A stretch of 64,000 nt of DNA, taken from contig NC_082720.1 in NCBI RefSeq assembly GCF_030144855.1, forward strand, positions 83,576,001-83,640,000. The letters are read 5' to 3'. This document shows positions 1 to 12,885 of the stretch, piece after piece (the first letter of the stretch is position 1; each line of letters begins with the position of its first letter). The position numbers and the translations under genes are program-made. The DNA comes from Hypanus sabinus (taxonomy: Eukaryota). A model generated the notes under the pieces. It made no database searches, was not told where the DNA came from, and saw only the letters and a list, made by a program, of their open reading frames with translations.

Positions 1-300
1 GATTGTACGTCAAGAAGTCAATGTCCATCATCAAGGAGTCTCAGACTCTGGGACATGCCCTCTTTGTACTTCCGCCTTCGAGGAGGAAGTATCAAAGGCT
101 AAAAGCCCACACTTAATGTTTTAGGAACAGTTTTTTTCCCTCCCCCATCATGTTTTTGAACAATCTATGAATCTATCAATACTACCTTATTATTCCTTTT
201 TTGCATTATTCATTTGTGACTTATAGTAATTGCACTTTATTACTTCCACAAAACAATATATTTTACAATGTATGCCAGTGATAATAAACCTGATCCTAAG
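1..300 (+). mobile_element. Rex1/Babar-type LINE 3' fragment
   Basis: Reads KKSMSIIKESQTLGHALFVLPPSRRKYQRLKAHT*CFRNSFF (C-terminus of the RT ORF) and ends in the family tail gccagtgataataaacctgat. Confidence 0.8.
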
Positions 301-384
301 TTCAAAAATGCAGGAATTATTGGCACAAATAAATGCTTGACTCCACAACCATTACAAAGGTGAGTTTGCAACATGGCTAAGATT

Positions 385-750
385 GTGAATTAAATATTCT
401 GGGAGACTTTTAGAAAAGATAGTCAAATAGAAGAGGGTTAGTCCTCATAATAGTTAATGACATAAAGGCTGTAGAGGAAAAAATATCACCATTTGGAAAA
501 TGAAGTAATAAAATCTGTTTGGATGGAGCCAAGAAGCAGCACTATTAGTAGCTGTAATAGTCATATAGAACCTAGAATAAATTAGAAAATTAATGGTGTA
601 TATAATAAGGATGAAACAATAATCATGGAGACTTTAAACATATATGGTGGGGAAATCAGCAGTAACAGAAGCACAAATTTGTGAGTATGAATTATGCCGA
701 TTAAGAAACCAATGACAGAGAAGGCTACTTTATATGCAATACAGGCATCC
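385..750 (+). mobile_element. Highly decayed CR1 endonuclease fragment
   Basis: Remnants of the SVWME and IIMGDFN segments (aaatctgtttggatggag; acaataatcatggagactttaa). Confidence 0.45.
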
Positions 751-870
751 TGCAGATAATGAATGGGTCTCATTTTTATAGACATCCATAAGTCAACTTT
801 GACCATAAATCAAAAATTCCACAAAAGACACTCAGTATGATAATAATATCTCCACATTATTTTAATGAAT

Positions 871-1850
871 AGTTCAAAATTCAAAGTAAATTTTTTATCA
901 AAGTACAAAGATATCACCGTATACAACCATGAGATTTATTTTCTTGCGGGCATACTCCATAAATCCAATAACCATAAAAGAATCAATGAAAGACTGCTCC
1001 AACAGGACGGATAACCAGTGTACAAAAGACAACAAACTGAGCAAATACAAAAAAAAGAATAATAATAAATAAATATCCAATAAATATCGAGAACATGGGA
1101 CAAAGTGTCCTTGAAAGTGTGTTTATAGATAGTGGGATCAGGTCAGCAATGAGACAAGTGAGATTGAATTAAATTATCCTCCTCTGGTTCAAGAGCCTGA
1201 TGGTTGAGGGGTAATAACTGATCCTTAGCTTTATGGTGTGAGGCCTAAGGCTCCTGTACATTTTTCCTGATGGCAGCAGTGAGAAGTGAGCATAACTCAG
1301 GTAGTGGGATCCACAACGATGAATGCTGTTTCCCTGTAACAGTGCTCTGTGTAGATGTGCTCAATGGTGGGGAGAGCTTTACCTGTGACAGACTAGGCCA
1401 CATCCAGTACTTTCTATAGGATTTTCCATTCAAGAGTGTTGGTGTTTCCATACCAGTCTGTGATAATATACTCTTCATCACACAGATATAGAAGTTTGCC
1501 AAAGTTTTAGATATCATGCCAATTCTTCACAAATTTCTAAGGAAGTAGAGGTGCCATCATGATTTCTTTGTAATTGCACTTACATACTGGACACAGGTCA
1601 AGATTAAAACCTCCAGATTCCTCCTCTTGCAGTCAATAGTCTGCTCCTTGATCTTGCTGACATTGAGTGAGAGGTTGTTATGGCACCACTCAGCTAGATT
1701 TTCAACCTGCTTCCTATATGCTGATTCATCAGCAGCTTTGATTCAACTGTGATGTCATTGGCAAACTTAAATATGGCATTGGAGTTGTACTTAGCCACAC
1801 ATTCATAAACGTAAAGCACGTAGAGCAGAGGTCTAAGCACACAGTGCTGA
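871..1850 (-). mobile_element. Rex1/Babar-type LINE 3' fragment (RT remnant)
   Basis: Minus ORF 1694-1900 contains CVLRPLLYVLY...[13 protein letters not shown] (RT motif, FADD-like); tail tactttgaattttgaact at about 871-890. Confidence 0.85.
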
Positions 1851-2627
1851 TGGACATTGCAGAGCATCAAAATGTCAATCGTATCAAAAGCACACAACAC
1901 TTACAAGAAAGAATGATTACTAGAAGTAGAGAGGTTTGAAACAGCTCTGCCATTTGTAGGAAAAAATATATGTATATACTATATGTCCAGCTTTAAAAAT
2001 TAGTAATGTTAAAGAGCTCGTTCTTATCTGCTGGTGTCTATAAGTCAGCAATTGGTAACCTGGGAACAGGCTGAATTGTCCAAGGAGAAAGAGTGATTTA
2101 ATAAGTTGGTTGTTAAGCAGCCTTTATGGAAGATGGAATTTCATATCAGGATTTAAAGTGATTTAGTTCAACGTGAAACCAGAATCTTAAATCCAAACAA
2201 AGCCAGAATCTTAATTCTAATCACAGTCAATTATAAAGATCGGAGGTTTGAGTTAAACACATGAAAAAAACGTGTGACAATGGCTACAAACAAATGAATA
2301 CTTAGACAAGCTGTTCACTGTATATTGGTACATGTGACAGTAATAAATCAATACCAATACAAATAATTAGTTTGTCACAAAATTGTCGCCTTTTAAGGAA
2401 CAAACATAATAGGAAAAGTAGTTCAGCTGCGGAGTATGTGAATTTTTCAGAGAAAGGCCTATAAAGCAATCAACCCGAAGATTAGGTCAGATTTCAGCAA
2501 ACGACCAAGAAATAAATAAGCAAAGGGAAGTAGAATGTGGGGGAAGATTAAGAAAATAAACTGGTGAAAATACATTGGGAAATCATCAAATAACAAAGAT
2601 TAAAACAACTATTCTCTCACTTCTCTT

Positions 2628-2680
2628 GAAGAAGAGGAAGAAGAAGAAGAAAAAGGAGGAGGAGAAGATGAAGAAGAAGA
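2628..2680 (+). repeat. Imperfect (GAA/GGA)n purine microsatellite
   Basis: gaagaagaggaagaagaagaagaaaaaggaggaggagaagatgaagaagaaga. Confidence 0.9.
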
Positions 2681-2876
2681 CAGAAAACTTCTCAAAAAAT
2701 ATCAGAGAACCAATGTATTAAGCGAATGAGGTATGAGCACTAACCAAAAGAATACTATTGGAGAAAATCAAGAGATTGAAATTGGGTAATTCCCTGGAGC
2801 ATGACATGGCTTTGAAAGATGTAGCTGTGGCAATGATCTCAGTCCTTTAAATTATAACCATTACTTATTTTTTCAT

Positions 2877-3495
2877 ATAGACAATAGACAATAGACAATA
2901 GGTGCAGAAGTAGACCATTCGGCCCCTCGATTCTGCACCACCATTCTGAGATCATGGCTGATCATTCACTATCAATACCCAGTCCCTGCCTAGTCCCCAT
3001 ATCCCTTGATTCCCCTATCCATCAGATATCTATCCAGCTCCTTCTTGAAAGCATCCAGAGAATTGGCCTCCACCGTCTTCCGAGGCAGTGCATTCCACAC
3101 CTCCACAACTCTCTGGGAGAAGAAGCTCTTCCTCAACTCTGTTTTAAATAACTGACCTCTTATTCTCAATCCATGCCCTCTGGTACTGGACTCTCCCAAC
3201 ATCTGGAACATATTTCCTGCCTCAATCCTATCAAATCCTTTAATTATCTTAAACGTTTCAATCAGATCCCCTCTCAATCTCCTCAATTCCAGCGTGTACA
3301 AGCCCAATCTCTCCAATCTCTCTGCGTAAGACAGCCCTGCCATCCCAGGAATCAACCTAGTGAATCTACGCTGCACTTCCTCAATTGCCAGAATGTCCTT
3401 CCTTAAACCTGGAAACCAAAACTGTACACAATATTTCAGGTGTGGTCTCACCAGGGCCCTGTACAAATGCAAAAGAACATCCTTGCTCTTGTATA
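2877..3495 (-). mobile_element. Young 5'-truncated CR1 LINE 3' end
   Basis: Uninterrupted ORF2 C-terminus YKSKDVLLHLYRALVRPHLKYCVQFW...GIKGYG; (ATTGTCT)3 tail at 2878-2898; candidate TSD catata at 2874-2879 and 3496-3501. Confidence 0.92.
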
Positions 3496-3584
3496 CATAT
3501 ATTTTAATGTTGTTTCTACTGAGATAGGCTCTAATTGTTTGTCGGATCACAGCTTCCAGAACAATTCCTAGGTATTCAAAGGAG

Positions 3585-6130
3585 GTATATGCCATTTAAT
3601 GGGGAGTGAGAATTGGAGGAGCAAATTTGTAAGGAGATAGCAGATATTTGTAGTAAGCACAGGGTTGTGATTGTGGGAGATGTTAATTTTCCACACATAG
3701 ACTGGGAAGCCCATACTGTAAAAGGGCTGGATGGTTTGGAGTTTATAAAATGTGTGCGGGATAGTTTTTTGCAGCAATACATAGTGGTACCAACTAGAGA
3801 AGGGGCAGTGTTGGATCTCCTGTTAGGGAATGAGATAGATCAGGTGATGAAGGTATGTGTTGGGAAGCACTTCGGGTCCAGTGATCACAATACCATTAGT
3901 TTCAATATAATTATAGAGAAGGATAAGACTGGACCCAGGGTTGAGATTTTTGATTGGAGAAAGGCTAACTTTAAGGAGATGCGAAAGGATTTAGAAGGAG
4001 TGGATTGGGACAATTTGTTTTATGGAAAAGATGTATAGAGAAATGGAGGTCAAACTTAAAGATGAAATTTTGAGGGTACAGAATCTAAATGTTCCTGTTA
4101 GGTTGAAAAGAAATGTTAAAAGTTTGAGAGAGCCATGGTCTTTTAGGGATATTGGAAACTTGGTTCGGAAAAAGAGTGAGATCTACAATAAATACAGGCA
4201 GCATGGAGTAAATGAGGAGCTCGAGGAATATGAAGAATGTAAAAAGAATCTTAAGAAAGAAATTAGAAAAGGTAATAGAAGATACGAGGTTGCTTTGGCA
4301 AGTAAGGTGGAAATAAATCCAAAGGGTTTCTACAGTTATATTAATAGCAAAAGCATAGTGAGAGATAAAATTGGTCCCTTAGAGAATCAGAGTGAACAGC
4401 TATGTGTGGAGCCAAAAGAGATGGGGGGAAAATTGGAACAATTTCTTTTCTTCGGTATTCACTAAGGAGAAGGACATTGAATTGTGTAAGGTAAGGGAAA
4501 CAAGTAGGGAAGTTACTGAAACTATGATGATTAAAGAAGAGGAAGTACTGGCGGGTTTAAGGAATATAAAAGTGGGTAAGTCTCCAGATCCTGACAGCAT
4601 ATTCCCTAGGACCTTGAAGTGTAGAAATAGCAGGGGCTCTGAGAGAAATATTTCAAATGTCATTAGAAATGGGGATGGTGCTGGAGGATTGGCGTATTGC
4701 TCATGTTGTTCCATTGTTTAAAAGGGTTCTAAGAGTAAACCTAGGAATTATAGGCCTGTCAGTTTGACATCAGTGGTGGGTAAATTAATGGAAAGTATTC
4801 TTAAAGATGGTATATATAATTATCTGGATAGACAGGATCTGATTAGGAACAGTCAACATGGATTTGTGTGTGGAAGGTCATGTCTGACAAACCTTAATGA
4901 ATTTTTTGAAGAGGTTACGGAAAGTTGACAAGGGTAAAGCAGTGGATTTTGTCTGTATGGACTTCAGTAAGGCCTTTGACAAGGTTCCACATGGAAGGTT
5001 AGTTAGGAAGGTTCAATCATTAGGTATTAATATTGAAGTAGTAAAATGGATTCAACAGTGGCTACATGGGAGATGCCAGAGAGTAGTGGTGGATAACTGT
5101 TTGTCAGGTTGGAGGCCGGTGACTAGTGGTGTGCCTCAGGGATCTGTACTGGGTCCAATGTTGTTTGTCATAAACATTAATGATCTGGATGATGGGGTGG
5201 CAAAATGGATAAGTAACTCTGCAGATGATACTAAGATAGGTGGCGTTGTGGATAATGAGGTAGGTTTTCAAAGCTTGCAGAGGGATTTAGGCCAGTTAGA
5301 AAAGTGGGCTGAAAGATGGCAGATGGAGTTTAATGCTGATAAGTGTGAAGTGCTATATTTTGGTAGGACTAATCAAAATAGGACATACATGGTAAATGGT
5401 AGGGCATTGAGGAATGCAGTGGAACAGAGTGATCTAGGAATAATGGTGCATAGTTCCCTGAAGATGGAATCTCATGTGGATAGGGTGGTGAAGAAAGCTT
5501 TTGGTATGCTGGCCTTTATTAATCAGAGCATTGAGTATGGGAGTTGGGATGTAATGTTAAAATTGTACAAGGCATTGGTAAGGCCAAATTTGCAGTATTG
5601 TGTACAGTTCTGGTCACCAAATTATAGGAAAGATATCAACAAAATAGATACAGTACAGGGAAGATTTACTAGAAGTTATCTGGGTTTCAGAACCTAAGTG
5701 ACAGAAAAAGGTTGAACAAGTTAGGTCTTTATTCTTTGGAGTGTAGAAGGTTGAGTGGGGACGATAAAGGTATTTAAAATAATGAGGGGGTAGATCGAGT
5801 TGACGTGGATAGGCTTTTTCCAGTGAGAGTAGGGGAGATTCAAACAAGAGGACATGATTTGAGAGTTAGGGGGCAAAAGTTTAGGGGTAACATGAGGGGG
5901 AACTTCTTTACACAGAGAGTGGTAGCTGTGTGGAACAAGCTTCCAGTAGAAGTGGTAGAGGCAGGTTCAATATCGTCATTTAAAGTAAAATTGGATAGGT
6001 ATATGGACAGGAAAAGAATGGAGGGTTATGGGCTGAGTGCAGGTAGGTGGGACTAGGTGAGAGTAGGCATTCAGCATGGACTAGAAGGGCCAAGATGGCC
6101 TGTTTCTGTGCTGTAATTGTTATATTGTTA
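3585..6130 (+). mobile_element. CR1 LINE ORF2 (APE endonuclease + RT), 5'-truncated, frameshifted
   Basis: ORFs 3613-4038 (GDVNFPHIDW, SDHN), 4022-4465, 4897-5697 (DFSKAFDKV, GVPQGSVLGP, ADDTK) and 5805-6056; 3' hairpin gggccaagatggcc and tgttata tail. Confidence 0.95.
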
Positions 6131-6309
6131 CATGCTATCTCATTATCTAAGAAAGGAGGGAGAACATAAATGAAGCTACAGACCAATTATCCTGACATTG
6201 TGAGTATGTTCTTACAATCTTTCTGAATGGCAGAGTAGGCACAGAGGGCTACTCCATTTACGTATATGTCTATTTTCTAATACATTTTTATTCAACAGAG
6301 AATATACAT

Positions 6310-6700
6310 TCACTAGAAACACCACAACAAGAGTGCACTAGATTGATTCCTGATATATCATGTTTGCCCCATTTTGAAAATATAAAATATACCGGGCTCA
6401 CTCATACTTTCTAGAATTGAAATAGAGAGATACTCTATTTCAGAAATGCAGAATTCTTACCAAGCATAACAGGATAGATTAAGAAAAACATTTCTCCTGA
6501 TTGCCAAATCCAGAACAAGGTCAGTTTCAAAATAAGAGGATGGCCAGTCAGGATGGATAGGAGAGAAAAAAATCTTCGCCCAGAAGGCAGGCATATTGTT
6601 GAAATATTCTAACTAATAAGGCTGTGAAGGCCCAGCTGCTAAGTATAGTGAATATATTGTTCAATATTAATGGAAAGAGATATAAAGTTATTAGAGGGAA
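6310..6700 (+). mobile_element. Old CR1 3' fragment
   Basis: Decayed TRLIP / SRTR / FFxQR segments (actagattgattcctg, tccagaacaagg, ttcgcccagaagg). Confidence 0.6.
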
Positions 6701-6701
6701 C

Positions 6702-6870
6702 CCAAACATGAAGAAATATGCAGAGGCTGGAAATCCAATGCAATGCACACAAAATGCTGGAAGAACTCGGCAGGCCAGGAAGCACCTATGGAAAAGAGTA
6801 AATAGTTGACGTTTAGGGCTGAGACCCTTCATCCGGACTGGAAAGGAAGAGGAGAAGCTAGAGCAGAAGG
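6702..6870 (-). mobile_element. Penelope-like element terminal repeat fragment with decayed hammerhead motif
   Basis: Same repeat as 29500, 38037, 48060 and 49307; reverse complement of 6803-6840 is cagtc-cggatga-agggtctcagccc-taaacgtc-aacta. Confidence 0.75.
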
Positions 6871-7879
6871 AAGTAGGTGTATATCTAAAAGACCAGACAG
6901 GAGCTTTTTGACTGACAAAGTATAAGGAACTTTTTTTGCATTCATGCTTCTATTTATGTTTACTCTACTTTCCCTTTTAAATTCCAAATTAAATGGTGTT
7001 ATGTTACCCATCAAAGAAATCCATTTACCACTGTCTTGCTCAATGTATTACAGCACTTTACTATACCTCTACTATGATTCAATGGCTTAAAAATTTTAAT
7101 CCATATGAATGATATTATCATGTAAAATGTAAATACAAGCTTTAATATGCCATCTAGCCCACATAGCTATAGAAAATGCATCAATTATTAAGTCAGTTTT
7201 TTCTAATTTTTGTTCGGTGAAGTATTATTTACTTTTGACAGGAAAGTTCTCAAGCACCCAAGGGACTGCAGCAAAATATGTCAAAATGGAGAGCCAGCTG
7301 GGGATGAACTCTGGAGATGTGAATAGACAGACATTCTCCACTTCCAGCTATTTACATCCAGAGCCCAGGGAGATTTATGCAGAACTTTCTCCCAGCAGTT
7401 ACTTGACACATGGAGGCCTTGGTGTTGCAGTTTTTATGTGTTCTGTGCAAAACATGGAATTGAAATACTGCTTGGCTTTTCTAATTCCTTTTTCAAATTA
7501 AGAGATTACAAATCAAAGAGGCTTTTTTTTATTAGCACCCATTCATTTATTGATATATTAACATTTATAATTGTTTTTATCTCAATGTATTAATATAGCA
7601 CTTCATATAATGGTAAATTATAAAAAAATAGAAGGGTCTCTTCTCACCATTACATTATGGTATGGTAGCAAATGACAAATCAAAGGAGGGGAATGGGAGT
7701 AAACATAACTGATTTTAGAAGAGCTTATTAGTTCAGAAACGTTCACCTTTCCTCAGAAATTCTGCATATTTAGGGTGGTGTGTCCTTTGATGGGAAGTGT
7801 ATTGAGAATACTATTGAGCAACCAGGACCTGGACCCATCTAATAATGGGTGCCACCAAGCCACTCCTCCTGGGCATCAT

Positions 7880-8360
7880 CATTGCTTCAAAACATATTTT
7901 CTGGAGCTTAGAGTAATGGGGTCATCCGTTAGAACATGAGATACTGGGAGAGCTTGACAGGGTAGACTTAATGATGATATTTTCCTTGTTCTTACACCAA
8001 GAACTTAGTTGCAAAGAATGAAGTAAGAAGTTAACCACTTAAGACTGAAATGAAGAGGTATGTCTTTCTTCAATGTAGTTACGAAGCATTGGAATTACAA
8101 AGGGTATCAAGCATTATAGAAATAGGTAACAAAATGGCAAAAATCAGCTCAATTGTGATCCAACTGAACAATCAAGAAAGCTTGAAGGGATGGAGTTCCC
8201 TTTTTCTCACAAATATCCTCTAAGTTGGTGAAGGAAGTAAATGCTTTAGGCCAATCATCTTTGAAGTGATCAGAAAATGAGAGATGATCTTACTGAAAGA
8301 TAAGATTCTGAGGGAGTCAATAGGGTGAATGTTGAAGGGATAGGGGCATAATGTCAGTAT
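7880..8360 (+). mobile_element. Ancient CR1 3' remnants
   Basis: Decayed GDL.E..KIL.G.DRV segments at about 7915 and 8280. Confidence 0.5.
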
Positions 8361-8919
8361 TACACAATGTCCATTTCAGTCCAGTTTGCTTGCTTATCCT
8401 AGCTAACATATGAAAAATGAAAGAGGGATAACATGCATGATGGTAGCCAGTGCTTGTGAAACTGTGGAAAGCTATGTGCTACTTGCTTTTAAAAGAAGTA
8501 GGTAAGTCTGGGGAGGAAAACCAAAAAGAAATAAAACCTTATTAAATAAAATTATTAATATATCTCTCAATGCACAAAGCTGAGATTATACATAGTGCAA
8601 ATGATCTATTTCCATCAATATTTTGATTCTTTACTTTGAAAAAAAAAAATCCACTAAGATGGTAGAGCACATGGTCACAGCAACCTTTCTGGGTCCAAGC
8701 AAAGCTGTAATAGTTCATCCTTTATGTCTTTTTTATGATTCCAATACACTGCCAAATATTAAGAATGTCAAATACTGCAGGACTCTCCCATCAGTGAGTT
8801 GTTCAATGGGTACAAAGATGGACTTGTCAGGTACAGTGTTGTGCAGAAATGATATATGGTTAAATAATCAGTGCAAATGATTGTCTTGCACAATTAGTTT
8901 TATTGAGATTGCAGGACCC

Positions 8920-9419
8920 TGTTGGACATTAGTAATGTAGAATACTGCAAGTCTAGTTCACTGCTTCATTGATGAGACCAATGACAGGGGAGTCGCATTG
9001 CCTTGGTTGCTGTGCGGACCAAATGCTCATGCCGTGGAAGTTGTCTGTTTCAGCCATCCTGGAGAGGGAGCGTCAGCGGCGATGTGGGACAGAGCAGAGG
9101 CCTCTGCAGGTGCGCTGAAATTTGAACTGGTTCGGGGTTGGCTCCTCCATTGGTGGTGCTCTCCATTGTTTCCTCAGTGGAAGACAAGCTGGTCCAGGAC
9201 AACATCCCATGCACCGTCAGTCTATGGGCAATGCCACGCAGGGACTTGGGCTATATAATGTTTTTGTGACTGTCTGGTTTTCTGCTATCATTACTATATG
9301 TGCTCCATGCTATGTGCTGTCGGTACTGTGGTTTGCTACTTGGCCCCGGATGAACACTGTTTCATTTTGCTATATTCATATGTCTGGTTGAATTACAACT
9401 AAACTTGAACTTGAACTTG
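8920..9419 (+). mobile_element. Non-LTR retroposon (probably non-autonomous) with (CTTGAA)n tail
   Basis: GC-richer body ending in actaaacttgaacttgaactt; no RT motif seen. Confidence 0.5.
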
Positions 9420-12047
9420 TAAAGAGATAACTTACCAAAAGGTATTGGGCTTACATACCAATATATTACATGATGGTGTTAGCAACAGCGATTGGGAGAA
9501 AACTACTGATTTACCATCAATGTCAATTAAAAAGATTTGTTAATACATAGAGAATAGGCATCCCAAGATATTTTCAAAAGAAGCTGAATACGAAATGTGA
9601 TCACTCAAGCATCTCAGTCTATTCAATTCTCCAGCAAACTATGTATTGAAAAAAGAATTTTAAAAATTTGGCTGAATTCCATGTTTATTTTGCAATCTGC
9701 AACAAACTCCAACCACGGGGAGGCAGGTATCTGGGTAGTTGTTAGAAGAAGGAAAGGAAATGGGCAGCCAGGGCAGAGCACCCCTATGCCATTCCACTCA
9801 ATAAGTATACTGCTTTTGATAGTGCTGAGGGGGAATGACCTAACAGTGGGGAGTTGCAGTGACTGGGTCTCTGACAGTGAGTCTGGTGCTGTGGTTCAGA
9901 AGAGAAGTGAGGAGTGCAGTCATGATACAGGATTCCATTAGAGGAATAGACATGAGATTCTGTGGGTGTGAAAGGGACAACGGATGGTATCTTGCCTCCC
10001 AGGTGCCATGGTCTCAGATCTCAGATCAGGTCTATGGCATCCTAAAGGGAGAAGGAAAGCAGCTAGAGGTTTTGCTTCATATTGGCACCAATGACATACT
10101 GTAGGTAGAAAAAGGGAGGAGATCCTGAAGTGAGAATATAGGGAGTTGGGTGGAAAACTGAAAAGCAGGACCTCCAGGGTAGTAATCTCTGGATTACTAT
10201 CTGTGAGGATAAGAATATAAAGAATTGGTAGTTGAATGTGTGGCAGAGGGCAGGGCTTCAGATTCCTAGATCACTGGGATCACTTCTGAGGAAGGTATGA
10301 CCTGTACAGGGACAGATTACACCTGAATCCAAAGGGGAATCAACATTCTTGTGGGCAGGTTTACTAGGGCTGTTGGGGAGGGTTTAAACAAATTTGCCAC
10401 AGGGGTGGGAACTGGAGTGATAGGGCAGTAAGTATTCAAGCAGATGCAGTGTGTAGTGAGGCTATTAGGAAGGACAGGCTGACAAAAGAGCATTATTGCA
10501 TTCAGTGGGATAAGTTGCAGTCTAAGCTAGGAACAAAATTGAATAGGATAACAAATACAGGTTTTGAAGTATTATATTTGAATGCATGCAGTATACAGAA
10601 TAAGTATATGGATTATATCTTGTAGCTCAGTTAGAGTTTGGTAGGTTTTGCCAATAAGGCGGTTGTGGGTATCACTGAGTCATGGCTGAAAGAAGATTAT
10701 AGTTGGGAGCTTAACATCCAATGATACACATTATATTGAAAGGACGGGCAGGTAAGCAGAGGGTGTGGCGTGGCTCTGTTGGTAAAAAATGAAATCAAAT
10801 CCTTAGAAAGAGGTGACAGATGATCTGGAGATGGGCAGAATAAAGAAACTGCAAAGGTGAAAGACCCTGAAGGGAGTTATATACAGGACTCTGAGCAGGA
10901 TGTGGGCAAAAAAGTGGAATGGGAGATAGGAAATGCATGTCAAAACGGGAAATATTACGATTATCATGGGGGATTTCAATATGCAGCTAGTTTGGGAAAA
11001 TCAGATTGGTTCAATATCCAAGAGAGAGAGTACTTACAAGATGGTTTTTTAGAGCAGCTTGGGGTTAAGCCAACTAGGTGAAATACTATTCTGGATTGGG
11101 TGTCGTGTAATCAACTGGATTTGATAGTGAACTTAAGGTAAAGGAACCAATGGGAGGCAGTGATCATAACATAATAGAATTCACCCTTTAACTTGAGAGG
11201 AAAAACCTAATGTCAGATATATCAGTATAGAATAAAGGGAATTATAGAGGCATTAGAAAAGAACTGACCGAAGTTGATTGGAAGGGGACACTAGCAGGGT
11301 TGACAGCAGTAGCTGGAGATTCTGGGTGGAATTTAGAAGGCACAGGATAGACCCATCCCAAACTAGACTAAGTATTCTAAAGGCAGGGAGACACAACTGC
11401 AGCTGACAAGTGAGGTCAAAAATAATATAAAAGAAAAAGATAAGGCTTATAATAGAGCAGAAAATAGTGGGAAGTTAGAGGATTGGATAGCTTTTAATAA
11501 TTAACAGAAGGCAACTAAAAAGCCATAAGGAGGAAAAAGATGAAATGTAAGCTAGCCCATAATATCAAAAAGGATATCAAAAGATTTTTCAGATAGACAG
11601 TCTAAAGTGTAAAATGCAGATAAAAGTAGATATCAGACCACTGAAAAATAAAGCTGGAGAGGTAGTAACGGGGGTCGAGGAAATAGTGGATGAACTGAAT
11701 AAGTATTTTGCATCAGTCTTCACTGTGGAAGATACTAGAAAAATGCCAGGAGTTCAATAGTGTCAGGGGGTAGAAGAGAGTGCAATTGATATTACTAGGG
11801 AGAAGGTACTTTGGAAGATGAAAGGTATGAAGGTAGAGGAACAGATGGATCCAACTTCAAGGTTCTGAAACAGACAGCTGAAGAGATTGCAGAGGCATTA
11901 GTAATGATCTTTCAAGAATTACTAGATCTTGGTATAGTTCTGGAGGACTGGAAAATTGCAAATGTCACTTCAATCTTCAAGAGATGCTGAAAAAAGGAAA
12001 TTATAGCCTAGTTAGCCTAACCTCAGTGGTTGGGAAGACGTTGGAGT

Positions 12048-12885
12048 TGTTATGATCCCAGCCCCCTCTTTTGTGAGAATCGCAAGAGCACTAGTTGAGG
12101 GGGGGTCAGTAGACCCAGGAAGTGGGAGAGAGAGAGACGTGCTGAATAGACACAGGAAGTGGGAGAGAGAGAGATGTGCTGAATACCGCGTTCCACCGGG
12201 TTGCAAAATAAGGTGACATTGACTATTGTCTCATGGAGACCACGTGTAAAGCCCTCGGGCAAAGTGGGCTGGTTGAGAGAGAGATTGCATCATCCCAACC
12301 TGATTGACACCTGCAACCCCGTGAGGAAGTATAAAGGAGGGTCTCAGGGGGACAGCCCCTTCAGACGCACCAAGGAGACACGATAGCGATCCCGTCATAG
12401 CGGGAAGCCATTTTGAAGGAAGCCACGTGCGTTAGATTCTGGGCTTGGAATCTGTGGCTGGAATCAAGGAAAACCGCTTTTAACTAACATCGGGTGGGGT
12501 GGGGGAGCCCGCTCCCCTGATTCAACGGATGCTTCATAAAGACCCGGGCAAGTTTTCCTTTTCTCACCAATCTCTCTCTCTCTGTCCAACACGTGAAACC
12601 CAGCGATTCCCAAAAGGCTGAAGCCTGCAGACTTCTGAGTGACTTTTATATTTCCAATGGACAATATATTATCCCCTAGACAACAGTAGAGCTTATTTCT
12701 TAATGATGATTATTACTATACCCGCGCTTTAGATTGAGTATTGACGACGTGCATTATCTGAATGTTTGTATTAACCTTACTTTTGTGCCCCTTTATAAAT
12801 AAAAACATTTGAAAATAGTGACATCAGACTTCAACAGACCTCTCTATCTTTGCTGGTAAGTGATCCAGTTACGGGATATGTAACA
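12048..12885 (+). mobile_element. Solo LTR (838 bp), LTR retrotransposon or ERV
   Basis: TG...CA ends (tgttatgatccc / gggatatgtaaca); TSD GAGT at 12044-12047 and 12886-12889; TATAAA near 12330 and AATAAA near 12798; removing it restores the CR1 frame GKTLELIAKIE. Confidence 0.92.
12110..12185 (+). repeat. 37-bp tandem duplication inside LTR U3
   Basis: tagac(c/a)caggaagtgggagagagagaga(c/t)gtgctgaa x2. Confidence 0.9.

Noticed and set aside
2990-3595. 201-aa ORF as a standalone gene
   Set aside because: The first ~33 codons are flank read-through and the rest is the CR1 ORF2 C-terminus
2877-6130. Back-to-back CR1s (also at 60872-64000) as a single twin-primed insertion
   Set aside because: The two parts each carry their own ORF2 C-terminal region (different tails at 2878 and 6115), so they are independent insertions
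7217-7501. Plus-strand ORF or exon after ttttgacag at 7241
   Set aside because: No good donor, no recognisable product and no partner exons
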